Shown here in pieces: positions 13,264 to 24,947 of a stretch of 64,000 bases of DNA. The stretch is from Octopus sinensis (lineage: Eukaryota). The first letter of the stretch is position 1; each line of letters opens with the position of its first letter. The DNA lies in the NCBI RefSeq assembly GCF_006345805.1, contig NC_043015.1, forward strand, positions 16,554,001-16,618,000. Direction: 5' to 3'. The notes beneath the pieces were generated by a model, which made no database searches, was not told the origin of the DNA, and was given only the letters and a program-made list of their open reading frames with translations. A program made the translations under genes and the position numbers.

Positions 13264-13348
13264 TATATATATACATATTAATAGAAATGGCAAGACAACA
13301 AAAGAGTGAAAGAGACCTCGATATTATGTAAATAGAGGAATTTATCTG

Positions 13349-13406
<58 letters not shown>

Positions 13407-13510
13407 TTTTTTTCTGAATTTGTGTAAATGTGTATAGAATAATATATCAGTTGAATAAAATTACATGGTCTGGTTTTCACTTTAGAAATATCCACAAAGT
13501 TTTGGCTGCC

Positions 13511-15464
13511 AAAAATATTTAGCAATGTTCATAAAGTTCAGTTAGTGCATTCATACATTCGTAGTAATCATCAGATTTCAAAATCTATTAACTGACAGTT
13601 GAGTTGAGTTCTTGACAACTGTAGTAAAATGACCAATTTCTTCATTTTTATACTTTTTAGAAGCTTCCGACAAGCTGAAGTTTTTAATACAGTTTTGATC
13701 AATCAGTATGCAACTTAAACGTCACGGTTTGCCAGGTGCATCGATATTACTGGTATAGACTCCGCCTTTATTTTAACCAATTGGCTTGCAGTTTACATGT
13801 AATGGTTTTATGAGTGAGCAAACTTAGTTGGTTTTGGTCGTTTTTATTTCAATCGGTGGGAGACTTCTGTAATTTGTTTATATTCATATGTTAAAGATAT
13901 TTTTTAATTCACATCATTAACTGGTTGTTATATTATTGTTGTTATTTCTGTTCAGAACAGGTTTGAACATTTTAATAAAACATTTTTCTTTTATCTTTCT
14001 TTCAATCTCACTTGCGTTATGTAGTTTGTGGAAAGGAAAAATTAAAAAATGTTCTGACTACATGTTTCTATATGTTCGCTCAATAGAATTTGGTAAACAT
14101 TAGCGTTCCAGGTTTGTTGTCTGTGAACTTGTGAGCATTCTGATAATGCATTCCCTGTCTCACCAATATATAGTTCCTTGCAATCAGGGCATTTAATGCA
14201 GTAGATCCAATTTCTGCTTTTGAAGTTCATATCTGCATTTGTGAAAATCTGTCCATTTTTTGTTGTAATGGATCTACCAGTATGCATGTATTGACACATT
14301 CCACATCTGTTATCATTACACTTGGATACCATGAATGTTTTGTCCTGTTTGTTCATGTTGAATTTTGCCTTTGTTAATAGTTCCTTTAGGTTACATGGTT
14401 GCCTTTTGTTTAAGATGAGTGTTTGATTAGTTATCATGTTTTTTTTTATTTTTCACTTTGTTTTGTGATTGGCAAATTTGTTTTCATGATGTTAAAAATA
14501 TTTTGGTGATGCAGATTGTGATTTACTAGAACTGGTATTGTGTTCCATTGGTGGGTTCATCTATCTTATGTTGCCCAAAGTTGTTCTATAGGTATCTCTT
14601 TTGCTCATAGTATGGTATTTTGTATAAGTAGGAAAAGGTATTTTTGCTTGAGCAGAAATCCTTTGAGTTCTATAAGTTGTATGTTCCTGGTATTTGGATC
14701 ATCTACTATAGCACAAATTTTCCTGGCTTGACAGTACAGGATGTTGCATTTTATGCGTGTTGGGTAGCATGATTTGAAATTTAGGTACTGGTGTGTATCT
14801 GTGCTTTTGTAATAAATATCAGTTGTGATTGTGGTGTTGTTTTTAATTACAGATAACAAATCCAGAGCACTAATGTTTGCCAAATTCCATTGAGTGAACT
14901 TATAGAAACATGTGGTCAGAAAATGTTTTTAATTTTTCCTTTCCACAAACTACATGACGCAAGTGAGGTTGGAAGAAAGATAAAGGAAAAATGTTTTATT
15001 AAAATGTTCAAACCTGTTCTGAACAGAAATAACAACAATAATATAACAACCAGTTAATGATGTGAATTAAAAAATATCTTTAACATATGAATATAAACAA
15101 ATTACAAGAAGACTCCCACAAATTGACATAAAAACGACTGAAACCAACTAAGTTTCCTCACTCATTAAACCATTACATGTTAACCACAAGCTAATTGGTT
15201 AAAATAAAGGCGGAGTCTATGCCAGTAATATTGGTGCACCTGGGAAACTGTGATGTTTAAATTGCATGCTGATTGGTCAAAACCATATTCAAAAAATTCA
15301 GCTTGTCAGAGGCTTCTAAAAAGTATAAAAATGAAGAAGTCAGTCATTTTACTACAGTTGTCAAGAACTCAACTCAACTGTCAGTTAATAGATTTTGAAA
15401 TCTGATGATTACTATGAATGTATGAATGCACTAACTGAAGTTTATGAACATTGCAAATATTTTT
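13511..15464 (-). mobile_element. 5'-truncated Penelope-like element (Neptune-type) with inverted pLTR
   Basis: About 560-bp inverted arms (13511-14072 / 14901-15464) flank the RT-thumb and GIY-YIG coding relic. Confidence 0.9.
14042..14883 (-). pseudogene. PLE RT C-terminus + Zn-linker + GIY-YIG endonuclease
   Basis: TDIYYKSTDTHQYLNFKSCYP (PLE RT), KCNDNRCGMC linker, WIYCIKCPDCKELYIGETG (GIY-YIG). Confidence 0.92.
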
Positions 15465-15829
15465 CTAAAATACAATAATAAAGAATGTGAAAATCAGATC
15501 ATGTTGTAACTTTATTCAACTAATACACACACCCACGTACATGTATGTTATAACAACTTCTCTAAACTTTCATGTATACTGAAAATATAGTTTGTTTTAC
15601 TTTTTATAATTAACACATAAAAATATTTTCTGCAGAGGTAGTAATTTTTAGCCTACACTTAGACTTTGTACAAACACACTTACTGTAACTTTCAAAAGCA
15701 GTCTCCCTTTAAAATGTCACCCTGCTTATGTATTCTATCTGGCCTATGATAATTCAAATTATGTACATTTCCCACTTTATCTAGTTAAACTGAATTCCAA
15801 ATCTATAAGGTGCCAACAATCTTATAAAG

Positions 15830-16300
15830 ATTAAGAAAGGAATCATATCGATGTTATTATTATTATTAATCAAACTCAGAATCTTGGGGTTAGTAGCCCG
15901 TGCTCTTAACCACTATGCCATATGCCCATGGGCAATTATGGAGTGAATTTTAGGGTTTATAAATCTAATATTTTCCTATCCTTCCTTAATACCGGTTCCC
16001 ATATGTTACTCATATCTGCACTCAGTCTGCTTAGGAGGTTGTTGTGTCCTAGCATATGTGCTGCTTCTTTTAGTTTTCATATTTTCCAGTGGTATTCTGT
16101 GTCTATTATTTTAATTTCATCCCACCGTGGGAGGTGGTCTCCATTTTTCCATACATGATCAGCTTTACCCGATTTATCAATATCCCCAGGTTCGAAATTT
16201 CCCCAAGACACCTGATGAAGGCTGGAGGGTATATCAGCTGAAAGATGTTAACAACAAACAAGATGAGGACAAATATCCATCAAATGTAAATAATGTACAA
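15830..16300 (-). mobile_element. Penelope/Poseidon-type PLE 3' fragment with tRNA-like segment and inverted hammerhead-bearing piece
   Basis: 15957-16157 (-) reads HVWKNGDHLPRWDEIKIIDTEYHWKI*KLKEAAHMLGHNNLLSR...IWEPVL; A-box/B-box at 15868-15920 (-); hammerhead core at 16207-16250 (+). Confidence 0.8.
16207..16250 (+). ncRNA. Degenerate minimal hammerhead ribozyme
   Basis: GACAC CTGATGA A GGCTG gagggtatat CAGCT GAAA; stem III and cleavage triplet eroded. Confidence 0.55.
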
Positions 16301-16970
16301 TCTTTTTCAGCCATGTTGGTAGTTGAGTGCTTACTACTACTACTACTGCTACTGCTACTACTACTACTACTACTACTACTCTGAATTCTTTGTATTTATG
16401 TATGTTACGGTCTTGTCAATAATGTCTAATGTCAAGAAATTCATATTAGGTCTTGTAAGGTAAAACCAGATTTTACATAAAGCAGTATATGAGGAGTCAT
16501 TGAAAGGGAGTGATGTCAGTGGACACAGCTCAAATATTACATAATGCATAATTCATATATATATATTTTATATATAATTCTACTCCTGCTACTTCCATTC
16601 CTATTTCATGGTTGAATGATTTCTAAGTAAGAGATCCATTCAGCTGTAAAAACTATTACTTGCTCAAATAAACACTCTCACCTATGTAATCATGAAGAAA
16701 TAGATGTGAATAGGATATCATCATCTTCATCATCATTTTACGCACACATTTCTATTCTTGCAAGGGTTAAGCAGAATTCATTGAGGTAGGTTTTCTATAA
16801 CTGAATGCCTTTTTAAGCAGAAGATTGTAAATAAACAACACCACTTGTATTATGATGACGCTCTTTAATAACTATTGTGTTGTGTCAAGGCAAGGAGATA
16901 CTCAATCACACGCAGACACACACATGCGCATATGCATGCATACATATCTGTGTATGTGCGTGTATATGTA

Positions 16971-17178
16971 AGGCGGTGAGCTGGCTGACACATTAGCACA
17001 CCGGGCGAAATGCATAGCTGTATTTCATCTGCCGTTATGTTCTGAGTTCAAATTCCGCCAAGGTCAACTTTGCCTTTCATCCTTTCGGGGTCGATAAATT
17101 AAGTACCAGTTTCACACTGGGGTCGATATAACCGACTTAATCCCTTTGTCTGTCCCCTCTTGTGGGTAGTAAAGAAAT
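16971..17178 (+). mobile_element. tRNA-derived SINE (family A)
   Basis: aggcggtgagctggc head, GAGTTCAAATTCC B-box, gcctttcatcctttcggggtcgataaattaagtaccag core. Confidence 0.88.
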
Positions 17179-18470
17179 ATATATGTATGTGTGTGTGAGT
17201 GTGTTCATATTGTAGCTTAACTTTGCCATCATAATTTTATGTCGGTAATGTTCAAAGCACTAACTTAAAATAAAAACTATTTTACAAAATTCCTTCACAT
17301 CCTTGATTATTTTCAAAATTTATAACATATAGGCAATGCATTACATTAGGAATATACTCTCGAAAAAGGTTAAAGTATTTTCTCTAACAATTTTTTTAGA
17401 AAACGAATATAATTTGAAATCATGCATGATAAACTAACATCCTGAATAAACTAGTGGCAAATTTAAAATGTATTTTATTTTGTTATTTCTATACATTCAA
17501 ATTTATGTTTTAGAAAAATTCTTTCAATTTTTAAACAATGTTATTCTTTTATGTAGCGTTCTATTTCGATGTATAATTCTTTTAATATCCTGTAAAATGT
17601 AGAAAAGTAATGGTATTAGACTGAACCTGTAAATAACTATGAAGTGAAAATGAAACTGTTCTATTTTTATTGTATTGTTGAAGCATCATGGCTGACCTTT
17701 TTTTATGCAATATTTCAACAAAAGTCAGTCTGAGTTTATTTCTTTCTAGGTTACTAAATGTAGTTGAATGTTTTTACAATGGGGAATAGTTGGACTAGGA
17801 ATCAAAATTGTGACAAACCCAATTTTCTATGGACCCATCACCACTTTTGTGTTGCTTGCAAATATATTGCTATATTATCAACATATGAACAGATTAACTT
17901 TTAGAATAATTCAAACTAGCTGTGGCCATGGAAATCCCATTGTTATTTTGAAAACAATAACATTGTTGAAAGTTTATAGAGAACCATGAAATACATAATT
18001 TCTTTCAAAATTGTACTTTTTATTTGGAGCATTTGATTTATGAGATAGTGTAAAATTCATATAGACAGTACTGAAGATGAAGTCTTTGGAGAGAGAACAG
18101 CTTTAAGTCTATATTCTTTGTTATTCATTTGTCATCTATTCCATTTAGAGAATTGTTAGTGCTAATTTTAGCTTTACTTTAAAAAAGTAAACAAGCTTTA
18201 CGGTGGAATATAATTGAAAGCATAATCTCTCCATAATATTATTCTGTTACTATATGACTACATTGATAACATTTTAATATTCTAGTTTCATTTCAAATGT
18301 ATATGGTTGGACTTGAATCTACAGTTCCAATGCAAAAGTACAATAGCTGCTCCATTGAAGACAGCGGTGTGTGTGTGTGTGTGTGTGTGATACATAAATT
18401 GTCTTATGAATCATAATAATAATATCTTTAATAATAATGATAATAATAATAATTATTATTATCATTATTA

Positions 18471-18680
18471 AAGGCAGCAAGCTGGCAGAATTATTTGTAT
18501 GCCAAGCAAAATGCTTAGTAGCGTTTTTGTCCATCTTCATGTTCTCAGTTTAAATTCTGCCGGGCTCAGCTTTGCCTTTCATCCTTTCAGGGTTGATAAA
18601 ATAAGTACCAGTTGAACACTGGGGTCAATGTAATCAACTCACTCCTTCCCTGAAATTACTAACCTTGTGCCAAGTTATAA
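18471..18680 (+). mobile_element. tRNA-derived SINE (family A), diverged
   Basis: Same blocks as 16971-17178 with CpG decay. Confidence 0.8.
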
Positions 18681-18699
18681 ATTATCATCATCGTCATCA

Positions 18700-19030
18700 T
18701 TATCTTCCTTATCACAGCCTTAGATGCATTTTCTTTGTATCAGATCACTTCCCATGACCTCGGGTAACTAGGAATCATTTTATAATTCTCCCTGTCCCAA
18801 ATAAACAAGTATTTTGAAGTAGTGTTGTATTAACTTCAATCCTGATCTTCTTGACCCATCACCCCAGTCTGCTGGTCAATGTACTGAAGGATCCTACAAT
18901 GACAGGAATGGCACAAGCCTTCCTCAGTTGTAAGTCTTGGTATCCATCAATCTTATTAATTTCATGTTCAGTCATTTTGGTAGGATAACTATATAACATC
19001 TAGAATTTTCTATTGTGTTGTTAGTCTGTA
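18700..19030 (-). pseudogene. RLE-type (R4/Dong-like) non-LTR retrotransposon 3' relic
   Basis: CDMKIQTNNTIENSRCYIVIL...KIDGYQDL...IPVIVGS...CLFGTGRII resembles the restriction-like endonuclease end W D..IQTD......PDIV....KY.DL....VIPVIVG; (ATG)n-like tail near 18685. Confidence 0.7.
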
Positions 19031-19034
19031 TCTT

Positions 19035-19260
19035 CATGTCACATTTTTTCTCCAAATTTCTTAAAAGTGAGGGTCCACTGGTGAGTGACATAGGAGAATA
19101 TATCTGCAGTAGATCTGGCTTTATAAACCCCAAAATGATAGTCATTGAAGAGGGAGAGAGATTCAAGTTGCTGGAGATGATTATTGTTAATGGCAGACTC
19201 CATTACCTTTGAACTCTGTGCTTCACATTGGAACATATCCTACCTACAATAGCTAGAATA
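19035..19260 (-). pseudogene. CR1/Jockey-group LINE RT fragment
   Basis: SKVMESAINNNHLQQLESLSLFNDYHFGVYKARSTADIFSYVTHQW resembles SKVME......L..HL....L....Q.GFR..RST.D. Confidence 0.75.
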
Positions 19261-19439
19261 TACCTGAGACATTTACAGTATATTAAGTTGGAATAATAGT
19301 GGTACTAGGGTGGATCAGAGGTAATATATTGTCTTTACAAAATAGTAATGAGAACTTCCATACTAGTGGGCATCAACTGCTCCTAAAAAAATATCCTGTG
19401 ATATAAATGACCTGTAGTAATGCTTATTACCGGTTTTAC

Positions 19440-19660
19440 AGGTTGTTGCCAGTACCGCCTGACTGGACCCCGTGCTGGTGGCACGTAAAAGCACCCACTA
19501 CACTCTCGGAGTGGTTGGCATTAGGAAGGGCATCCAGCTGTAGAAACTCTGCCAGATCAAGATTGGAGCCTGGTGCAGCCATCTGGTTCGCCAGCCCTTG
19601 GTCAAATCGTCCAACCCATGCTAGCATGGAAAGTGGACGTTAAATGATGATGATGATGAG
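19440..19660 (+). mobile_element. RTE-type LINE/SINE 3' tail
   Basis: ggcacgtaaaagcacccactacactc...ggacgttaaatgatgatgatg. Confidence 0.85.
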
Positions 19661-20342
19661 ATAATTAAACTTCAACATTGTATCCGTTATGTGAGATCCA
19701 CATTCCCTATAATACTGGGTTGTGAAATATTTTAATATTGATAACATTCTGACAAATCTGCTAACTGTGCAGTTCTTTGAGACACAACAATATCACTTTT
19801 CAACCAAAAACTGACATGTGATCTATTCAGCTCTTACCATTGTTGGTTATAGTTGTCACTTAAAATATTAGAAAAAGCAGCCAAGCCATATTTAAATCTC
19901 ATTCAATTGTCTAAAAATGCTGATATATAAGGCTATACTGAATAATAAAATACGATATATATACAATGTCTGTATAAAAGATGGGAAGATCATGGTTGGA
20001 ATTCTTTTGATCACAGGTCTACTGAAACAAGGCTGATGTGGAATTAAATAATAAATGCTATTTATAACATTAGTAGCAACACGAAAATTACTGACAAGTT
20101 GTGGAAATGCAATTCTAAAGGTTGTATTGCACTGGTGTGAGAAAATTACTAAATAGCTCAACATTTTACATATTACTCATAGTGATTAATTCTTGTAAAT
20201 GAGTTTTCATGGAGAAATTAGGTAACTATGTTATGTAAACACTTAGTGACAGAAGATCAACAGTTGATGATGTTGAGTGACATTATATCTGAAATGAAAT
20301 CTTGTTTCTACAGCAGGCTTTGACCACAAGAGTAAACATTAC

Positions 20343-20389
20343 CTGGTGATAACTAGACAGCCTTGATTAGGAGAATAAATTGCTGTCAA
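20343..20389 (-). CDS. Possible 47-nt host exon
   Basis: tttctccag|TTG...ACCAG|gtaatg; reads LTAIYSPNQGCLVIT + AG, phase-compatible with the 4749-4932 exon (AG|G = Arg). Confidence 0.35.
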
Positions 20390-20959
20390 CTGGAGAAACT
20401 GACAAAGTCATATTTTCCAATGTAAAAATTGGGACTGACTCCTATATAAGTTACACAGTTTGCAGTAGAACTGTAAAGGAAATTATAATATCTGCAAACA
20501 TTTATTTCTGCTTTTACAGAATGTGATTTTGGCAATAAATCTGTTATAATTTGAATATTTGGAGTTTATTCTATCATTGGAACCCCACTGAACAATGTAT
20601 CCATGTTGCGAATATAATAGGGATTTCTGAAATGATCCCATATGAAGGTTTTAGCTCAGCACCACAGACTAAAGACACATTCTTGTATTATATAGTCCTC
20701 TCATTGATTATAATACTAAACTTTAATATTCTATTATTTACAATAGCCAGGGAGATATAGATACTGATGACATGAAGAGTTAACTCATTAACACCCTAAT
20801 TCTGAAAATGCAGCTTCCTTTCTCTCTATTAGGAATTATACTTTCAGCCAGTGCACTTAAACGAATAATAAAACTTCTTAGGTGACTTATGACTCACTGT
20901 TGTATTTTTGTTTAAGGTTGACTTCACTAGAGTTGATATATTAACCATAAAGTTTATCT

Positions 20960-21170
20960 CTGTAGATTTTTTGTAAAATTCAGAGCCAACACTGCAAGTT
21001 ACATTTTGTATATAAATACATCTATGAAGACAATATGATTAAAGATAAAAAAACAAAATGGTTAATGAGTGTATATCCACATTTCAAGAGTTATTGCTCT
21101 TTCATCAGCACCACATCCAACTCATTGCTTAAATACCCCCTAAGTTTAGTGGTATAACACAATTGGATTG
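20960..21170 (-). repeat. Dispersed repeat with hammerhead-like core (second copy at 25340-25555)
   Basis: Shared blocks cagagccaacactg and tcagcaccacatccaac; minus strand CTGATGA AAGAG caataa CTCTT GAAA. Confidence 0.55.
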
Positions 21171-21216
21171 ACCGTTTCACATATTAAACACATTCCTGGT
21201 AACTGGTACATGCAAA

Positions 21217-21507
21217 TTAATTGCTGGTAAGGACACAATATTTCCTTTTACAACCATAGTTTACTACCAAGTCTATTAAAGGTTCACAAGTCAATATTGT
21301 GTTTTACTTTTTGCGTTAGCAGTGCAATATTCTCATGTTTAAATTTTATAGTACTGTCCCTTAATTCTATGGAAAATCTGTAGAGTTAAACTTAAAAGTG
21401 AGAATATTGCTTAGATATAAGACACAATATTGACTTGCAAACCTTTAATATACTTGGTAATGTTTTATGGTTGCAAAACAAAATATTGTGACCTTACCAG
21501 CAATTAA
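21217..21507. repeat. Fold-back: ~130-bp inverted arms, ~27-bp spacer
   Basis: ttaattgctggtaaggacacaatattt / aaatattgtgaccttaccagcaattaa. Confidence 0.8.
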
Positions 21508-22886
21508 CCATCCAATTAACAGTTACTCTAACCAACTTCTGCTTTGTAAGCCAATAAGATTACTCCTGTCTTAAGTTCTCAGCCTGCTAACACAGTTTGT
21601 ATCCAGAAAACCCTATTATCATATAAATTGGGAGCATAGCCAAAAGTACTGTTAAATATAACTAAATACTTAATGGTTGAACATACTTTTAGAACATTAT
21701 TTTTTTTTAGTCTAATAAGTGAAATAGCTGTTATTTTTGTATTTGAGAATATTGATTTAGTTGTGTCTGGTTTAAAAAGTAATTAAATAAAATAACAAAG
21801 TTTACTATATTAAGCATGAAAGATACAGTTGGTCAGTCATTAAGATATAGTTTTTGCACTTACTTATCGCTTTCAAATTTTAAACACTCCTACAGGAAGT
21901 GTCTGTCTATGAATTATATCTATTATTCCAGTTAAGTATAGGTTTTTTTCAGTTGAGTACACTACTGAAGTGAGATCCTTTTGTATTTGTAGAACACTAC
22001 TCCTCTGGGTTTGTTCAAGCATACACACAAACACACACATATACACACGATGGGCTTCTTTCAGTTTCTGTCTACCAAATCCACTCACAAGGCTTAGATT
22101 GGCCTGAGACTATAGATGAAGAAACCTGCTTCTTACCACACAGCCAGGACTGTACCTATATGTGTGTGTGTGTGTGTGTGTGTTGTTAATGTTGTTACTA
22201 TGGATGTGTATATATATATATATATATATGTATGTACGTATATGTTATGGCTGGTCAGAGAGTAACCATTGGTTTTGCACCTATAAAGTACTTAGCTGTA
22301 TAGGCAACTCATCAGATTCAAATGACCAGAAGCATATAATCTTTCACATAACTTCTCAACTACTGGAGGGAGGAAAACATCATGGTCAGTTAGTTCTGTT
22401 AACAAAAAATATACATCCGGAATGACCCTGCAGGTAGGGATGAGGTTATCTCCCTTACATCAGTTCCACTGTGAAGATTTACAAAGTTGTTGGTGTGGCT
22501 CTAATCAGCAAATGGGGGACTCTAAGCCTGCAACAAGAAACGTCTCTGATGAGGGGATGGAGCAAACAGCTCTTTTCTGGAGTTGAAAAAAGCTCCCAGG
22601 TCAAGCAAGGTTTTCAGGATTCTTGTTCCCTTTGTCAAGCGAAACTTACATTGTTTGCCCCCAGCGGCAGTGGTGGCAGCAATGTGTCAAGCAGCAGAGA
22701 CAACAGCAACAGCAACAATATCAACATTGTAGCTGGCAATGGCGACTACAACAGCAGTAATGAAATCACCAGGATCACATCCAGGAATAGCAACAATGGC
22801 AGCACCTCCAGCAACAACACCTGCAACTACAACAACATCAAGTTCTGATTTAATGAAAGAAACAACATTGGTTCTATCACATCCAG

Positions 22887-23203
22887 AAATATCTTGGTTC
22901 CACTGGTGGCCCCTTTAAGCAACATCTGAGCAGCCACATGTTCTCTTTTATGATACTAGAGAAGTACAACATCATGTGCCTGGCCTGGATGTATGGCATT
23001 TAAAAGAGGAGGGCGTGCCATACATAATTAAGTGGGGGCTCCTTGAACAACTGAAGCCATATATCAACAAGAGCAAATGATGTAAGCTTTGCTTGGTAGA
23101 GAGAGCAAGAATCCTGTAAAACTTGTTTGATCCGGGGGCCCTTTTAAATTCCAGAAAAGAAGTGTTTAGTCAATATCCTCATCAGAAATGTTTCCTGTTG
23201 TAA
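22887..23203 (+). pseudogene. PLE GIY-YIG endonuclease (CxxC...CxH-type C-terminus)
   Basis: KYLGSTGGPFKQHLSSHMFSF...VWHLKEEGVPYIIKWGLL...SK*CKLCLVERARIL...LLNSRKEVFSQYPHQKCFLL. Confidence 0.85.
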
Positions 23204-23393
23204 GCTTGGAATTCCCCATACTCTGAATAGAATCAAGCCAACAGCTTTGTAAATCATTATGGTGGAAGGGAAGTAAGGGAGATAACCCTGTCCCTACCTG
23301 CAGGGTCACTCTAGATGTATAATTTTTTGTTCACAAAATTAACTGACCATTACGTTTCCCTCCCTCCAGTTATAGAAAGGTTATGTGCCTTCA

Positions 23394-23468
23394 GCCATTT
23401 CAGTCTGATGAGTCACCTATACAGTAAAGTGATTTATAAGTGTGAAACCAATGGTCACTCTCTGAGCA
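23394..23468 (+). ncRNA. Type-I hammerhead ribozyme in the pLTR
   Basis: AGT CTGATGA G(t)CACCTATA...TATAAGTG T GAAA CC aat GG T C ACT; complete core with GUC triplet. The mirror copy at ~22252-22330 (-) has GAAA mutated to AAAA. Confidence 0.75.
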
Positions 23469-23529
23469 GCCATAACAATCAACCTTCTAAAAATGTGTGT
23501 TTGTGTCTCTGTGGTGCTGCTGAGATGTA

Positions 23530-23700
23530 AAAAGCACCTACTTACACACTGCTGAAAAGTGATTGTCATTAGCAAGGGCATCCAGCAGTAGAGCCCATGC
23601 CAAAGTAGACAGTAGAACTTGATGCGGTCCTCTGGCTCATCAGTTCCTGTCAAACCCACCAACCCATGCCAGCATGGAAAATGGACGCTAAATGATGATA
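23530..23700 (+). mobile_element. RTE-type 3' tail, diverged
   Basis: aagggcatccagcagtag...ggacgctaaatgatgat. Confidence 0.7.
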
Positions 23701-24769
23701 TATATTCATGTATGCATGTGTGTGTGTATCACACACACATACATATACATATGCACATCAGGGAAATGGCAAAAGTGTTTGACAAGCTTTTGTCTCTCAA
23801 ATCTAATGACATACTACGAACTCAAGAGACCTGGTGAATAAACTACTTCATCTCATGTTGTCAAAAATCAGATGCTCTATGCACAAATGCAAGGATGAAA
23901 GTAAAACAGAACAATCTGGATGAATGTAAGATGGCTATCATCTGATATAATGAGGCAATCATATATATATATGCTGCTTTAAATAAAGTATATAAAATAT
24001 GTATGTAAGTATGTATGTATGTATGTACATTATCATCATTTAACGTCCATTTTCCATACTGTCATGGATAGATAGATCCCTGTTAGTTTTACTGAGTAGA
24101 ATATATTTTGCATAGGAGGTCTCATAACATAAACAATCTGTTCCTTACTTTTTCCAATGGGTTTAAAAACTAGATACATTCTTATACTGCATCATCTATA
24201 TTTTCAAAAACTTCGATTAACTGATATTATCTGAGTTATTTTCCTTTGTTGTTTTTAGATTCTAAACCCAAACGGAGGTTTTTGTTTACTTGGACAATCT
24301 TAGTTAATCAGAAATTTTCAACTCACTATATTATGTGTGTGAAACCTAGCATATTTCATAAAGATGTCAGATGCAAAAGATCTTATTGACTCTCCAGTGC
24401 TTTCCTTCATCCTTGACAAACAGGCTTAAATTTCTGCATCTCTCAAACTAAAAATACTCATAGTGGTAATAATTTCCACTGGTCTGAAATTAGACACCAC
24501 TGACATGTGCAGTTCACTGGTATATACATCTAGGACACTTTACAATGTACAAGTGTTACTGCATGGATTAAATGTGGACTTGCTGGGAAACCATTAAAAT
24601 ATATCTTCTTTGAATCCCTATATTAAAAGAAAGTCATCACTGATGCTCCAACAATCAACTGGATTAGGATGCATTTGTGTTTCATATCTAACATGTTGTC
24701 CATAAGGATTACCAAACACTTATTTAGATAATCCTGTGCCACAAGCCTGTTAATCTTGGCTGACTTATA

Positions 24770-24889
24770 CAACAATCTAATTACAAGCAACTGTTGCTGC
24801 AACTGCTGCAAAAAATATTACTGCTCCTGCTACTACTGTTACTGCTACTGCTACTACTATTACAACTACTGCTGCTGCTGCTGCTGCTG

Positions 24890-24927
<38 letters not shown>

Positions 24928-24947
24928 GTTGCTGCTCCTACTACTGG
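24770..24947. repeat. Compound (CTG/CTA)n triplet tract
   Basis: Directly visible; source of the poly-L and poly-Y/C ORFs. Confidence 0.95.

Larger units (their letters stand above)
22244..23476 (+). mobile_element. Truncated PLE (Naiad-like) with inverted hammerhead-bearing pLTRs
   Basis: Inverted arms 22244-22660 / 23075-23476 (gttatggctggtcagagag.../...ctctctgagcagccataac), about 75% identical by eye; endonuclease relic between them. Confidence 0.85.

Noticed and set aside
15395-15450. CTGATGA in the Neptune pLTR (mirror at ~13530-13580) as a hammerhead
   Set aside because: Only a 3-bp stem II is possible, there is no GAAA and no stem I partner.
5690-17760. Strong plus-strand splice-like sites (5803 donor, 10749 donor, 17748 acceptor)
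   Set aside because: No open, protein-like exon could be built around them.
20518-20626. Open minus-strand segment with acceptor-like and donor-like ends
   Set aside because: Its only open frame is phase-incompatible with the neighbouring 47-nt exon, and the donor is weak.
23065-23085. In-frame TGA beside the CxxC of the Naiad-like endonuclease as possible selenocysteine
   Set aside because: It falls at the Arg position of K-R-C (CGA to TGA CpG decay), not at a Cys, and the relic has other stops.
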